Below are positions 54,216 through 64,000 of a DNA stretch of 64,000 bases, one piece after another. The notes under the pieces were generated by a model. That model searched no databases. It was not told the DNA's origin and saw nothing but the letters and a program-made list of their open reading frames with translations. Source of the DNA: Polyangiales bacterium (GTDB lineage: Bacteria > Myxococcota_A > Polyangia > Polyangiales > JADJQN01). The stretch is taken from NCBI GenBank assembly GCA_964202905.1, contig CAXNJO010000003.1:32001-96000 (forward strand). Reading direction: 5' to 3'. Every line of letters starts with the position of its first letter. The stretch's first letter is position 1. The translations under genes and the position numbers were made by a program.

Positions 54216-54288
54216 GCGCGCTCGACACACGGCCGCCCGGCGCATCTCGGCGCGCGGCGCCGCCGTCCTGCGTGATAGCCTGCGCGCC

Positions 54289-54615
54289 ATGCCGACTCAG
54301 CTCGACCACGAGGACCGCCTCCGTCTGATGAAGTTCGTCTGCTCCTTCGCCTGGGCCGATCTCGAGGTCCGCGACGAAGAGCGTCAGTTCGTGCGCCGGC
54401 TCATGAAGCGGCTCGACTTGAACCCCGCAGAAAAGAAGCAGGTCGAGGCGTGGCTCGAGGTCCCGCCCCCCGCCGAAGAGCTCGACCCCGCGGACGTGCC
54501 GCGGGCGCACCGGCAGCTCTTCGTCGACACCGCGCGCGCGATGATCGCGTCGGACGGCGTCATCGCCGCGAACGAGCGCGAGGCCCTCTCGCTGCTCGAA
54601 ATGCTGCTCAAGTAG
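54289..54615 (+). CDS. TerB-like protein
   Basis: 'AWADLEV..EE' and 'IASDGVI...ERE.L' paired motifs. Confidence 0.8.
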   Translation: MPTQLDHEDRLRLMKFVCSFAWADLEVRDEERQFVRRLMKRLDLNPAEKKQVEAWLEVPPPAEELDPADVPRAHRQLFVDTARAMIASDGVIAANEREALSLLEMLLK

Positions 54616-54640
54616 TCGCGCGCCCCGCACCCACGACACG

Positions 54641-55408
54641 ATGGCGGGCCCCGCACCCACGAGCGACAAGCTCTACGCTGCGCTCGACGAGCTGCGGCGC
54701 GCGAGCGACCTGTCGCTCCCGCGCCACCACGCGGCGTGGCGTGTCGTGACGGCGTTCCTGCAGCAGATCGATCCGCGCGGAGAGGCGGACGCGCGCCAGG
54801 AGACGCTGGTGAAGGTCCTGCGTCGCATCGGCACCTTCGCCGGCGGCTCGCCCGGCGAGGCCGTCCGCTGGCTGCGCACGGTGCACGCGCACAAAGCGCG
54901 CGATCTGTGGCGCGCAGGGCGGCACGACCCCGTGCGCGCCGCCCTCCTCGACGACAAGCAGCGCGCAGCGGACGAGCCGCCCGCGGTCGATCGCCTCCGC
55001 GCCGAGGACGACGCCGGACCGCACGACGACGCGGCCGCCCTCGAGCAGGCACGCGACGCGCTCTTCACACGCCTCGAGGAGCGCCTCACGGCGACGGCGC
55101 TCGCGTCGACGACCCGCGAGTTGCGTCGGGTGCAGGCGCGCGCGGCCTGGCTGCGCCTCGTGACGACGGCCGACGCGACCGCGATCGAGCAGGCGATCGC
55201 CCCGTCGGCGGCGAACACCCGCGACGCGCTCTACAAGTGGATCGAGCGCGGCCGGACGCAGCTCCTCGAGGTGCTCGACGCATGGCTCGCCGAGCTCGGG
55301 GGCGACGCGGATCCCGACGATCGCCGCGTTCCGCAGACACTCCGCGACATCTTCGGCGAGCGCCGCGCGGACGCGGGCGTGCCTCGACCGGAGCGACGCA
55401 AGGACTGA
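54641..55408 (+). CDS. Divergent ECF-type sigma factor
   Basis: Region 2-like 'DARQETLVKVLRRIGTF...WLRTVHAHKARDLWR'; region 4-like 'IEQAI...DALYKWIERGRTQL'. Confidence 0.6.
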   Translation: MAGPAPTSDKLYAALDELRRASDLSLPRHHAAWRVVTAFLQQIDPRGEADARQETLVKVLRRIGTFAGGSPGEAVRWLRTVHAHKARDLWRAGRHDPVRAALLDDKQRAADEPPAVDRLRAEDDAGPHDDAAALEQARDALFTRLEERLTATALASTTRELRRVQARAAWLRLVTTADATAIEQAIAPSAANTRDALYKWIERGRTQLLEVLDAWLAELGGDADPDDRRVPQTLRDIFGERRADAGVPRPERRKD

Positions 55409-55491
55409 CGCAGCGGGCGCGGTGTCAGTCGGCCGGAAACGCCGACGTCTGCGCCCACAGGACAACCCGTCCAGAGACGAGCGCGAACACG

Positions 55492-56554
55492 ATGCCAGCC
55501 CCCCTTCCCCACGCCGAGGCGCTCTCCGCCGCCTGGCAACACGCCGTGAGGCGCGTGACCGACGCAGCCGTACCGCACACGGCGGTACCGCACACCGCTG
55601 CGCCGCACACCGCTGCGCCGCAGACCGCTGCGCCGCACGCCGAGCCAGCCAACGCCGACGCCGCGCGTGTCGAGGCGCCGCTCGAGGCCGCCTGCCTCGC
55701 GATCGTCCTCGAGGTGACGGGCGCGCTCGCCGGCATCCCTGGGCACGAGCGCGCGCTCGTCCGCGACGCCGCCCGGCGCGCGATCCTCACGGCGATGCCG
55801 GCGCCGCGTGGCGCCGCGACCGCACGCACCTCCACCACAGAGCCTCTCGACGCGTCCGCCGCCGCACAAGGCGCGGGGTCCGCGGGCCACACCGGGCGCG
55901 CCCTCGACGACGACGGAACCGACGGCGACCCGAGCGGCCCTCATGACAACGACGAGGGCAACGACGACGACGACGACGAGGCCGACGACGCCCGCCGCAT
56001 CCTCGTGGCGCTCGCGCGGGAGGGCGTGCGTGTCCTCGCAGGCGGCGCGGCCCCGGCGAGCAGCGCTGCGGGCGGGCGCACGGCGCGGTGGAGTGGCATC
56101 CGTCCCCGCAGGGCTCGTCGCGATGATGCGGGGCGGACCAGACCCGGTCGCAGCGGGCGGCGTCGCAGCGCACGTCGTGCGCTGCGCGACCTGCCGTGCC
56201 GCGCTCCAGGTCCTCGCGCACGGCGACGCCACGGTGACCCACCTCCGCGCCGCAGCGGCGAGCGCGCCCGCCATGCTCGCGCCGCAGGCGGGCCGCCTCG
56301 TCGCCGCGCGCGCCGCGCCGGACGCCGAGGCCTTCGTGTTCGAGGGCGACGGCGAGACGCGCCTCGCGGTGTACGTCGGCGCGCCGCTCGCGGTGCGCTA
56401 TCTCGCCGAGGGGGTCACCACCGACGACATGCGGCCGGGCTACTGGGCCGGCCGCTGCGCACCCGGCACGACGCACGTCGACGGCACGCTGCACGTCGGC
56501 GAGGAAGCCAGCGACTGGCCCCTCACGCTGACGGCACGCCCACCCGCGCGCTGA
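55492..56554 (+). CDS. Putative soluble zinc-finger anti-sigma-like protein (apparent frameshift near 56050)
   Basis: N-terminal frame to ~56045; second frame carries HVVRCATC (HxxxCxxC) and ends at 56554; directly downstream of the ECF-like gene. Confidence 0.5.
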
Positions 56555-56566
56555 GCGCGCCCGGCC

Positions 56567-57187
56567 TCACGGCGCGTCGCGCGGTTCGCCCGTCGCGAGG
56601 CGTCGGTACCGCGTCGCGCGGCCCATCCCGAGCAGTTTCGCCGCCTGGCCGACGCGCCCGCCGGTCGCGGCGAGTGCCTTGCGGATCGCGTCACGCTCGA
56701 GCTCGCGGAGCGAGTGGACCGGCTCCGGGGCGAGCTCCGCGGGAGACGCCGTCTCGTTCTCGTTCCCCGCCTGGGCCCGCAGCGCGCGGAGCTCCCGCTG
56801 GGTGCCCGCGCACGAGAGCGCGCGCCGCAGCGCGAGCGTGACGATGCGCGGGTCGGCGTCGCGCAGCGTCGTGTCCCACGCGCCGGCCCCGACGGCGGCG
56901 AGCGCGTCTTCGGGGCCCAAGGCATCGACCTCCACGACGGCGACCTCGGGGAGCGCGGTGCGAAGCCGCACGATCTGCGCGATCCCAGCCGCCGGATCAT
57001 CGCCGAGCACCACGCAGGCGACGTCCGCGCCTGCAGCGAGGCGCGCGTCCTCCCCAACGCCGGATGCGACCCCCAGCGAGAGGCTGCGCGCCGCGTCCGA
57101 GAGCGCCGGCGCCCCACCTCACGCGTCTCGGGACGGAGCCCCAGCCGCGCGCGTCCCGACCCCATCGAACACGATGGTCGCCGCCAC
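56567..57187 (-). pseudogene. Degenerate receiver-like + Fis-type HTH regulator with in-frame TGA at 57119-57121
   Basis: 'SLRELERDAIRKALAATGGRVGQAAKLLGMGRATRYRRL' HTH_8; same frame continues upstream through a TGA. Confidence 0.55.
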
Positions 57188-57252
57188 GGGGTCGGGATAC
57201 GGCACGCGCGCCGCGATCTCAAGGGGCCGGACGCGCCGCGGCGTGACGACGC

Positions 57253-58740
57253 TCAGCGCAGCCGCAGCGGGAGGGCGCGCAGGGCGGCCCCTGGCGAGAC
57301 GGCCGTCGCTGCGCCGCCCGCGGCCGCGCCGGGCGATCGGATCACCACGCAGCCCGAACCGCCGCCGCCCCCGCCGCCGTTCGCGCCCGAGCGGACGTTC
57401 GTCTGACCGTTCGTCCCCGCGAGGCCCGTCAGCGCGCCCGCGCCGCCGACCGCGTCGAAGTCGCCGCCGCCGCCGGCACCGCCCGCGGAAGGCGGATCGC
57501 CGACGCCATCCGTCCCGTCGTCGGCGGAGACCCCGCCCGCGGCTGCGCCGCCCCCGCCCCCGGCGGCGACCACGAGACGCGCGTCCGTCGCGACCTCGAC
57601 GCGCGACGCCTCGAGGAGGATCGCGCCGCCCGAACCGCCGCCGCCCCCGGAGCCCCAGTTCACGCTGCCATCCGCCACACGGCCACCCGCGCCGCCTCCG
57701 CCTCCGGCGAGGATCGCGCCGCTCACCCGCAGCGTGCCGAGCGCGCTGATCTGCACCGCGCCGCCGCCCGCGCCGCCCTCGCCCGAGAGCACGATGGTGG
57801 ACGACGTCGTCCCGCGACCGCGTCCGCCGCCCGACCCGCCGAGGAGCGGCGAGAGCTCGGTCATCCGTGCCGCGCCGCCCGCGCCGCCCGCTGCCGTGCC
57901 GCCCGCGCCGCCCGCGCCGCCCGCGCCGCAGAACCCGCCGCCGCCGCCGCCGCCGTCGTCGTACGTGTCGACGTGCACCCCGCCGATCCCGGGCGACGCA
58001 CCCGTGCCGTCGATGCGCGAGCCCGCGCCGCCGAATCCGCCACCGGGGCCGGGCGCCGCACCCTCGGCCGAGACGTCGATCGTGCCGGCGATCTCCACGT
58101 CCCCGGACGCGAGCACCACGAGCGGCCGCGCGCCCTCGGCGAAGAGCGTCGCGCCCTCGCGCACGCGGAGATTTCGGACGGCGATCACGCAGAGCTCCGG
58201 GCCACCCGGCTGCGCGACGACGCGCGCGGCGCCCTCGAGCGCATCGCAATCATCCGTGTCGACGAGCTCCGCTTCACCATCTTCCAGGATGACATCCACC
58301 GTGCCGCTCCCGAGCAGGTCGGGCGGCACGTTCGAGGCGCCGGCCTCGGCGCAGCGCGGCAGGCCGCCCGGCGCGCATCCAAGCGCGCACGCCGTGCGCT
58401 CCTCGCGCCCGGAAACGCACGTGATGAGCGCGCCGTCCGCGCAGCGCGGCCCCCCCATGCAGGGCATCCCGGGCCCGAGGTCGGGCCCGCCCGCGTCACG
58501 CGGACCGAGATCGGCGACAGGCCCGCCCCCGTCCCGTACGCCGAGGTCGACGTCGACGATCGGCCCGCCGCCGTCGCGCTCACCGAGATCGAGCTCGACG
58601 ACCGGTCCGCCCGCGTCGCCCCCCGCGATCAGGCCGACGTCGGGGTCGACGATCGCGCTGCAGGCGGCGAGCGAGAAGGCTGCGACACAAAAGAGGAGCG
58701 CGGCGGGAACGAACTGAGGGCGCGACATCGGGGACTCCAT
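57253..58740 (-). CDS. Gly-rich lipoprotein with DLG.RDGG linker repeats
   Basis: Lipobox 'LAAC'; 'GGGSGG.I.L' Gly-rich repeats. Confidence 0.8.
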   Translation of the reverse strand: MESPMSRPQFVPAALLFCVAAFSLAACSAIVDPDVGLIAGGDAGGPVVELDLGERDGGGPIVDVDLGVRDGGGPVADLGPRDAGGPDLGPGMPCMGGPRCADGALITCVSGREERTACALGCAPGGLPRCAEAGASNVPPDLLGSGTVDVILEDGEAELVDTDDCDALEGAARVVAQPGGPELCVIAVRNLRVREGATLFAEGARPLVVLASGDVEIAGTIDVSAEGAAPGPGGGFGGAGSRIDGTGASPGIGGVHVDTYDDGGGGGGGFCGAGGAGGAGGTAAGGAGGAARMTELSPLLGGSGGGRGRGTTSSTIVLSGEGGAGGGAVQISALGTLRVSGAILAGGGGGAGGRVADGSVNWGSGGGGGSGGAILLEASRVEVATDARLVVAAGGGGGAAAGGVSADDGTDGVGDPPSAGGAGGGGDFDAVGGAGALTGLAGTNGQTNVRSGANGGGGGGGSGCVVIRSPGAAAGGAATAVSPGAALRALPLRLR

Positions 58741-58841
58741 GGGACCCGCGAGACTACCGCAGCCGCGTCCGCCCTGCGCGCGGCATGTCGCCTCGCCGTG
58801 CGCGCCGCCCCGCGACGGCGCTCGGCTATGCTGCCGGGGCC

Positions 58842-60665
58842 ATGAAGATCCTCGTCCTCAACGCCGGTTCCACGTCCCTGAAGTACCAGCTCTACGAGAT
58901 GGACACCGAGACGCGCCTCGCGGTCGGGCGCGTCGAGCGCATCGGCACGGACGGCGCGCGGCACACGCACGACGAGCCCGGCCAGCCCCGCCTCGACGCG
59001 CCGTGCGCGGCCCCGGACACGCGCGCGGCGATCGAGCGCGTGCTCGCGCTGCTCGTGCGCGACGGCGGACCGCTCACGCGCCTCGCCGATCTGGGCGCCG
59101 TCGGCCACCGCGTCGTGCACGGCGGCGAGCGCCTCGTGCGCCCAGTGGTCATCGACGACGAGGTGCGCCGCATCATCGCGGAGTGCGCGGAGTACGCGCC
59201 GCTGCACAACCCGCCCGCGCTCGCGGGTCTCGACGCCGCCGCGGCCGCGCTGCCGGGCGTGCCGCAGGTCGCCGTGTTCGACACCGCGTTTCACGGCGAC
59301 CTGCCGCCGCACGCCTTCGCGTACGCCCTTCCCCACGCGCTCTACCTCGAGCGCGGCGTGCGCCGCTACGGCTTCCACGGTCCGAGCCACCAGTACATGT
59401 CGCTCGTCGCCGCCGAGCACCTGCGCACCGATCTCGCGCGGCTGAAACTCATCACGTGCCACCTCGGCGGCGGCTCGAGCGTGACGGCGATCGACGGCGG
59501 GCGCTCGGTCGACACCTCGATGGGCATGACGCCGCTCGAAGGCCTCGCGATGGGCACGCGCTCGGGCGATCTCGATCCCGCAATCCTGTTGCTCCTGCAA
59601 CGCCGTGGCATGAGCCTCGAAACGCTCGACACCTTGCTCCACAAACAATCCGGCCTCGCGGGGCTGAGCGGCATCCCGGGCGGCGACTACCGCGACGTCG
59701 AGCGCGCCGCGGCGTCCGGCGACACCCGCGCGCGCCTCGCGCTCGACGTCTTCGCGCACCGGCTGCGCAAGTACATCGGCGCCTACGCCGCCACGCTCGG
59801 CGGCGTCGACGCCGTCGTGTTCACGGGCGGCATCGGCGAAAACAGCGCGAGCCTGCGCGCATCCGTGTGCGAAGGGCTGCTCTTCATGGGCATCGCGCTC
59901 GACCCGGAGGCCAACGCCTCCGCGGCCCCCGCGACGCACGGCGGCGTCGTCGACGTCGCCGCCCCGCGTGCCCCGACGCGCGTGCTGGTCGTCGCGACCG
60001 ACGAGGAAAAAATGATCGCGCGCGAGGCCGTGCGCTGCCTGCGCGGTCCGACGGCCGCGGTGCGCAGCGTCCACGCCAGGCCCATCCCGGTGGGCGTGAG
60101 CGTTCGACACGTGCACCTCTCGCGCGCCGACTGCAACGCGCTCTTCGGCCCCGGCTACGCGCTTACGCTGCGCCGCGAGGTCACGCAGAAGGGGCAGTAC
60201 GTCACGCGCGAGACGGTCGACCTCATCGGCCCGAAGGGCGAGCTGCGCGGCGTCGCGATCATCAACCCGCTGCGCAGCGCGACGCAGGTCGAGATCGCGA
60301 AGACCGACGCCTACGCGCTCGGCGTGCAGCCGCCGATCCGCGAGAGCGGCCAGCTCGAGGGCACGCCCGGCCTGCGCCTGCGCGGCCCGGCGGGCGAGGT
60401 GACGCTCACGCAGGGCGTCATCCTCGCGCTGCGCCACGTGCACATGAACCCCGGCGATGCCGCACGCTTCGGCGTCGGCGACAAGGACGTCATCGCGGTG
60501 CGGGTCGAGGGCGATCGCGAGATGACGATGGGCGACGTGCTCGTGCGCGTGCGCGAGGACTTCGTCCTCGATCTGCACATCGACACCGACGAGGCCAACG
60601 CGGCCGCACTCGGCAACGACAGCGTCGTCGCCTTCGAGCGCGTCCAGCAGCGCAGCGACGCCTGA
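58842..60665 (+). CDS. ackA: Acetate kinase fused to PduL-type phosphotransacylase
   Basis: AckA: NAGSTSLK, GHRVVHGG, APLHNP, FDTAFH, DTSMGMTPLEG, FTGGIGENS, TDEE. PduL from ~60085: 'GVSVRHVHLS', 'RHVHM', 'HIDTDEANAA'. Confidence 0.93.
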   Translation: MKILVLNAGSTSLKYQLYEMDTETRLAVGRVERIGTDGARHTHDEPGQPRLDAPCAAPDTRAAIERVLALLVRDGGPLTRLADLGAVGHRVVHGGERLVRPVVIDDEVRRIIAECAEYAPLHNPPALAGLDAAAAALPGVPQVAVFDTAFHGDLPPHAFAYALPHALYLERGVRRYGFHGPSHQYMSLVAAEHLRTDLARLKLITCHLGGGSSVTAIDGGRSVDTSMGMTPLEGLAMGTRSGDLDPAILLLLQRRGMSLETLDTLLHKQSGLAGLSGIPGGDYRDVERAAASGDTRARLALDVFAHRLRKYIGAYAATLGGVDAVVFTGGIGENSASLRASVCEGLLFMGIALDPEANASAAPATHGGVVDVAAPRAPTRVLVVATDEEKMIAREAVRCLRGPTAAVRSVHARPIPVGVSVRHVHLSRADCNALFGPGYALTLRREVTQKGQYVTRETVDLIGPKGELRGVAIINPLRSATQVEIAKTDAYALGVQPPIRESGQLEGTPGLRLRGPAGEVTLTQGVILALRHVHMNPGDAARFGVGDKDVIAVRVEGDREMTMGDVLVRVREDFVLDLHIDTDEANAAALGNDSVVAFERVQQRSDA

Positions 60666-60699
60666 GGCGCCGCCCACACGCCCCGGCGGAGACGCGCGC

Positions 60700-61233
60700 T
60701 CAGCGGCGGGCGCGACGGCGCGCGACGCCGGCGAGCACCGCAGCGAGGCCGACGAGCGCGAGGCCCGAGGCGCGCGCTGCGCCCGGCGCGGCGACGGCGC
60801 ACGAGACCTCGGCCGCCGCCTCCTCCGCGCTCACGGACGTCGCGGGCGACGTCTCCGGCGGTCGCGCGGGCCCCGGTGCCGGTGCAGGCTCCGGAGACGG
60901 TGCGGGCGCGGGCCCGGGTGAGGTCCCCGGCGCAGGCACGGTCGGATCGGTCGCGATGCGGTTCTCGCACCAGACCTCCGTCCACGACGATGCCCCGGAC
61001 GTCCTGCAACGCCGTCGCAACTGCGTGGACGCGAAGCGCGTCGCGCACGCATTGGCGTCCTGATAGCCCGCGCGACACGCCTCGCAGCGCGCGCCATTCG
61101 TCTGCTGCTGCTCGACGGTGCAGGTCTCGACGTAGCCGGGCGGAGGCGGGACGTCGGCGTCCGCGGGGCGTGCGACGACGAGCGGTGCAGCGACGAGCGA
61201 GGCGAGCACGGCGAACAGGCGGAGACGCGTCAT
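60700..61233 (-). CDS. Small Cys-rich exported protein with MYXO-CTERM-like tail
   Basis: Signal peptide; six-Cys domain; Pro linker; 'SCAVAAPG...LALVGLAAVLAGVARRRARR'. Confidence 0.8.
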   Translation of the reverse strand: MTRLRLFAVLASLVAAPLVVARPADADVPPPPGYVETCTVEQQQTNGARCEACRAGYQDANACATRFASTQLRRRCRTSGASSWTEVWCENRIATDPTVPAPGTSPGPAPAPSPEPAPAPGPARPPETSPATSVSAEEAAAEVSCAVAAPGAARASGLALVGLAAVLAGVARRRARR

Positions 61234-61330
61234 GCGCGCATCCTCACCGCAGCCGGGTCCGCGGCACAAGCGCGATCGACGGACTTGCCCCCCCCCGCCG
61301 GTGCGCCGACGCGCGCCCATCGAACATCGT

Positions 61331-62552
61331 TCAATAGACCGCGACCCCGAACGTGCCCTCGCCGACGACCACGTCCTCGCGTGCGTCGCGCACCCACGAG
61401 GCGCCGCCGCGCAGCGTGAGCGCGAGCCGCGTCGTCACCGCGAGCTGCGCGAGCAGCCCGCCGCCCGCGGCGAGGCCCCAGTCGTCTCCGCGCTGCGCCG
61501 GGGACGCGCCGCCGACGCGGCCGTAGACCCCGAGCTCGAGCAGCCCGAAAGCGAGCGGCAGCGCCTGCACCTCGCCGGAGAGCTGCGCGTTGACGATGTC
61601 CTTCCCGTCCGCGTCGCCCACACCGAGCTGCACGTCGAAGAGCAGCCCGAGCCCGTGGAGCGGGAACGCACCGAGCTGAATGTGCGACGCGAACGCGGGG
61701 CCGAGCGCGCCCCGCGGACCGCGCAACGTCGCGAGGCCGACCTCCATCCCGTACACGAGCCCGACGCGGTCGAGCGGCGCGCGCCCGAGCCGCAGGAAGG
61801 GCCCCTCGTCCTCGGACACGAGGAGCTCGTCCGAAGCCTCGACCGTCGCGGCGTCGAGCTGCGCGAGCGGCACGACGGTCGCGCTGCCGTCCTGCCCGAG
61901 GACGTGGACGGGATGCATCGGGTGGAGCTGCGCCCAGCCGTCGTAACGCGCGCCCTCGGTGCCCGCGAGCACGAGCGCGACCGCCGACGCTCGCGGCGAT
62001 GAGCAGCACGACGGCGAGGCCATCGTCGCCACCGCCTCCGCCGCCGCCCTCGCACCGCCGGTGCCGCCCGACGCCGCCGCCCGAGCCGCCGCCGAGCCGC
62101 GCCCGTCGCAGCCGACCGTTGCCCCACCGCGCGCCGGCTGCACGCGCGACCGGGCCCGCCGCCGCGGCGCGGGCTGCACGCGCGACGGCCCCCCCGCCGC
62201 CTGCTGGCTGCACCGCGACCGTCCCTCCGCCACCGCCGCTCGACACGCCCACGCTGCGCGCCCCGCACGGCCCGCCCGCGCTGCCGACGCACCCGCCGCC
62301 GCCCCCGACGCCCACGGAGATCTGCCCCTGTGGAACGAACACCACCTGGGTCGCCGCATTCACCGGCGGCGCGCTCACCGGCTCGTCCGCGAAGATGCGC
62401 TGCACCACGCGCACGTCCGCGCCGCGCTGCTCGGGCGGCTGCTGCACGAGCGCGCGCGCCGCATCCCGCGGAATCACATAGCTGTTCGCAAGACAGCCGG
62501 GCAGCAGCGCGGCGAGCAGCAGCGCGAGGACCTTGTGCGCGAAGGAAGGCAT
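61331..62552 (-). CDS. Lipoprotein / outer-membrane protein with Gly-rich insert (frameshifted near 61985 and possibly within 62050-62200)
   Basis: Lipobox 'LLPGC'; second frame has amphipathic beta-strands ending 'FGVAVY'. Confidence 0.65.
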
Positions 62553-62623
62553 CGCGCGAGTGTGTGGCGACGCGCCGTGCCCGGGCAAGACGCGCCTCCC
62601 ATTTCCCGCGGGGAAACGGATAC

Positions 62624-64000
62624 TTACGGGCAGCGCGGCGGAGACGCACGCCGCCGCCCCACGCGACGGAGAGCAACCACGCACCCGACCCACGCGACGG
62701 CGGCGAGCCAGCCGAAGCCCCACGAAGGCCGCGCGCGCACGACCGCACAGCCGCTCGGCGCGGGCGGTGGCCTGCGAAGCCCCGGGCCACCATCCACGGC
62801 CACGCCGCCCTCGGGCGCGCCCCCCTCCGGCACGCCGCCATCGCCTCCGATCTCGAGATTCGGGTCGGATTCCTCCGACATCGTGCCCGGCGGCGGCGCC
62901 TCCCCGCAGCGCGCCCCATCCGGCGTCGCGGTGCAGGGCGCGCCGGGCGGACACGCACGCGCGCCGACCGGGACACCGTCCGCGTTGCAGTGCGCAATCT
63001 GCCCATCGAGCAGGCAGATGTCGCGCTCGACGGGGACGTCGCTCGCGCTCGCGACGCAGAACGCCGACACGCAGCGCGCAGCGCTCGCGCCCGCCGTCGA
63101 GCAGTACGCCGCGAACGCGCTGCAATCACCGGTCGTGATCGCGCCGTTCCGGCATGTGCCGATCGTGCGCTCATCGAGGCAGATGGTGGTCTCCCCCGCA
63201 GCCGGGCACGCATAGAACGCGCAGCGCGCGCCGAGCCCGTCCGAGACACAGCGCGCCCCGAACGCTCCGCAATCGCCCGTCGTGATCGATCCATCGCGAC
63301 ACGTCCCGAGCCGCCGGTCGTCGAGACAGACCGTCGCCTCGCCGCTGGCGGGACATGCGTAGAACACGCAGCGCGCACCGAGCGCGTCGTCGACACAGCG
63401 CGCGCCATACGCGCTGCAATCCCCACGCGACACGGCGCCGTCGTTGCACGTGCCGATCGTGCGCTCGTCGAAGCAGAAGGTGTCGTGCCCGCGATCCGGA
63501 CAGAACGCGAACGCGCAGCGGACCCCAAGCGAATCGTCGACGCAACGCGACGCGAAGGCCGCGCAGTCTCCACGCCCGCAGTCCCTGCTGACGAGGGTGC
63601 TGCCCTCGCAGGCCGGCACACAGCCACCGCAGGGCCCGCCGCCGGGGCCGCCGCCCCACCACTCCCAGTGCCAGTCCTCGCTCGGCACGGTGCGCGAGAA
63701 GCCGAAACGCGCCCCGTTCGCGTTCAACCAGCGGAGCACGCCCGGCGCGCGGGTGTTGAGGTCAAGCGCGTGCCCGCTCTGGTGATTGGAGTAGCCCGGT
63801 CGCGCGGCGAGCGCGCAGCCATTGCACGAGCAGCTCGTGTAGCAGCCGTAGAGGTACTCCTGCTGCGCCATCGTGCGAAAGCCGGAGACGACGCGGATCT
63901 CCACGCCATCGCGCGCCGCCGCGCTCGCCATCACGTAGTACGCGTTCGCCGTGTCGATCTCGACCGGGCGCCCGTCGATGGTGACGACCCGGATGTCGAA
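62624..64000 (-). CDS. VanY-like (M15B) D,D-carboxypeptidase with 49-aa Cys-rich repeats and MYXO-CTERM-like tail (5'-truncated)
   Basis: 'SGFRT..QQ..LY', 'AARPGYSNHQSGHALD', 'EDWHW'; repeats 'GDC.A...RCV.D.LG.RC.F..CP..G..T.C.D.R..GTC'; tail 'SGCAV...WLAAVAWV...RRVGRRR'. Confidence 0.88.
   Translation of the reverse strand, partial: FDIRVVTIDGRPVEIDTANAYYVMASAAARDGVEIRVVSGFRTMAQQEYLYGCYTSCSCNGCALAARPGYSNHQSGHALDLNTRAPGVLRWLNANGARFGFSRTVPSEDWHWEWWGGGPGGGPCGGCVPACEGSTLVSRDCGRGDCAAFASRCVDDSLGVRCAFAFCPDRGHDTFCFDERTIGTCNDGAVSRGDCSAYGARCVDDALGARCVFYACPASGEATVCLDDRRLGTCRDGSITTGDCGAFGARCVSDGLGARCAFYACPAAGETTICLDERTIGTCRNGAITTGDCSAFAAYCSTAGASAARCVSAFCVASASDVPVERDICLLDGQIAHCNADGVPVGARACPPGAPCTATPDGARCGEAPPPGTMSEESDPNLEIGGDGGVPEGGAPEGGVAVDGGPGLRRPPPAPSGCAVVRARPSWGFGWLAAVAWVGCVVALRRVGRRRASPPRCP

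Noticed and set aside
57119..57121. Selenocysteine or readthrough TGA
   Set aside because: Not at a Cys-like catalytic position and no recognisable SECIS; decay or sequencing error is more likely.

Overview
A very GC-rich bacterial chromosomal segment. Gene content points to Myxococcota, probably class Polyangia; this is inferred from MYXO-CTERM tails, DGG/DLG-linker lipoproteins, 'CNGxDDDCDG' Cys repeats, PEGA/TPR proteins and Ser/Thr kinases. Core genes: a split F-type ATP synthase (atpF'-F-H-A-G at 1-4410; atpD-C at 20.6-22.4 kb), tal, tkt, a plsC-like acyltransferase, asparaginase, rnc, tRNA-Leu(TAG), a lone E2 dihydrolipoamide acyltransferase and an AckA-PduL fusion. Envelope and surface genes: a pbpC + alpha-2-macroglobulin operon, a GH1 lipoprotein, two M15 peptidases, RCC1/propeller and Cys-rich lipoproteins. 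There is also a stress cluster (two USPs, TerB-like, ECF-like sigma, zinc-finger anti-sigma candidate). Two non-gene signals stand out: an 11-copy array of a CCGCATSCGGGTGA motif at 21-23 bp spacing upstream of pbpC/A2M (31722-31960), and at least ten genes with a TANNNT box 7-11 nt before the start codon and no obvious Shine-Dalgarno. About ten apparent single-base frameshifts most likely reflect assembly error. No CRISPR array, rRNA or mobile element was recognised. All family calls come from motif recognition by eye, not database searches.
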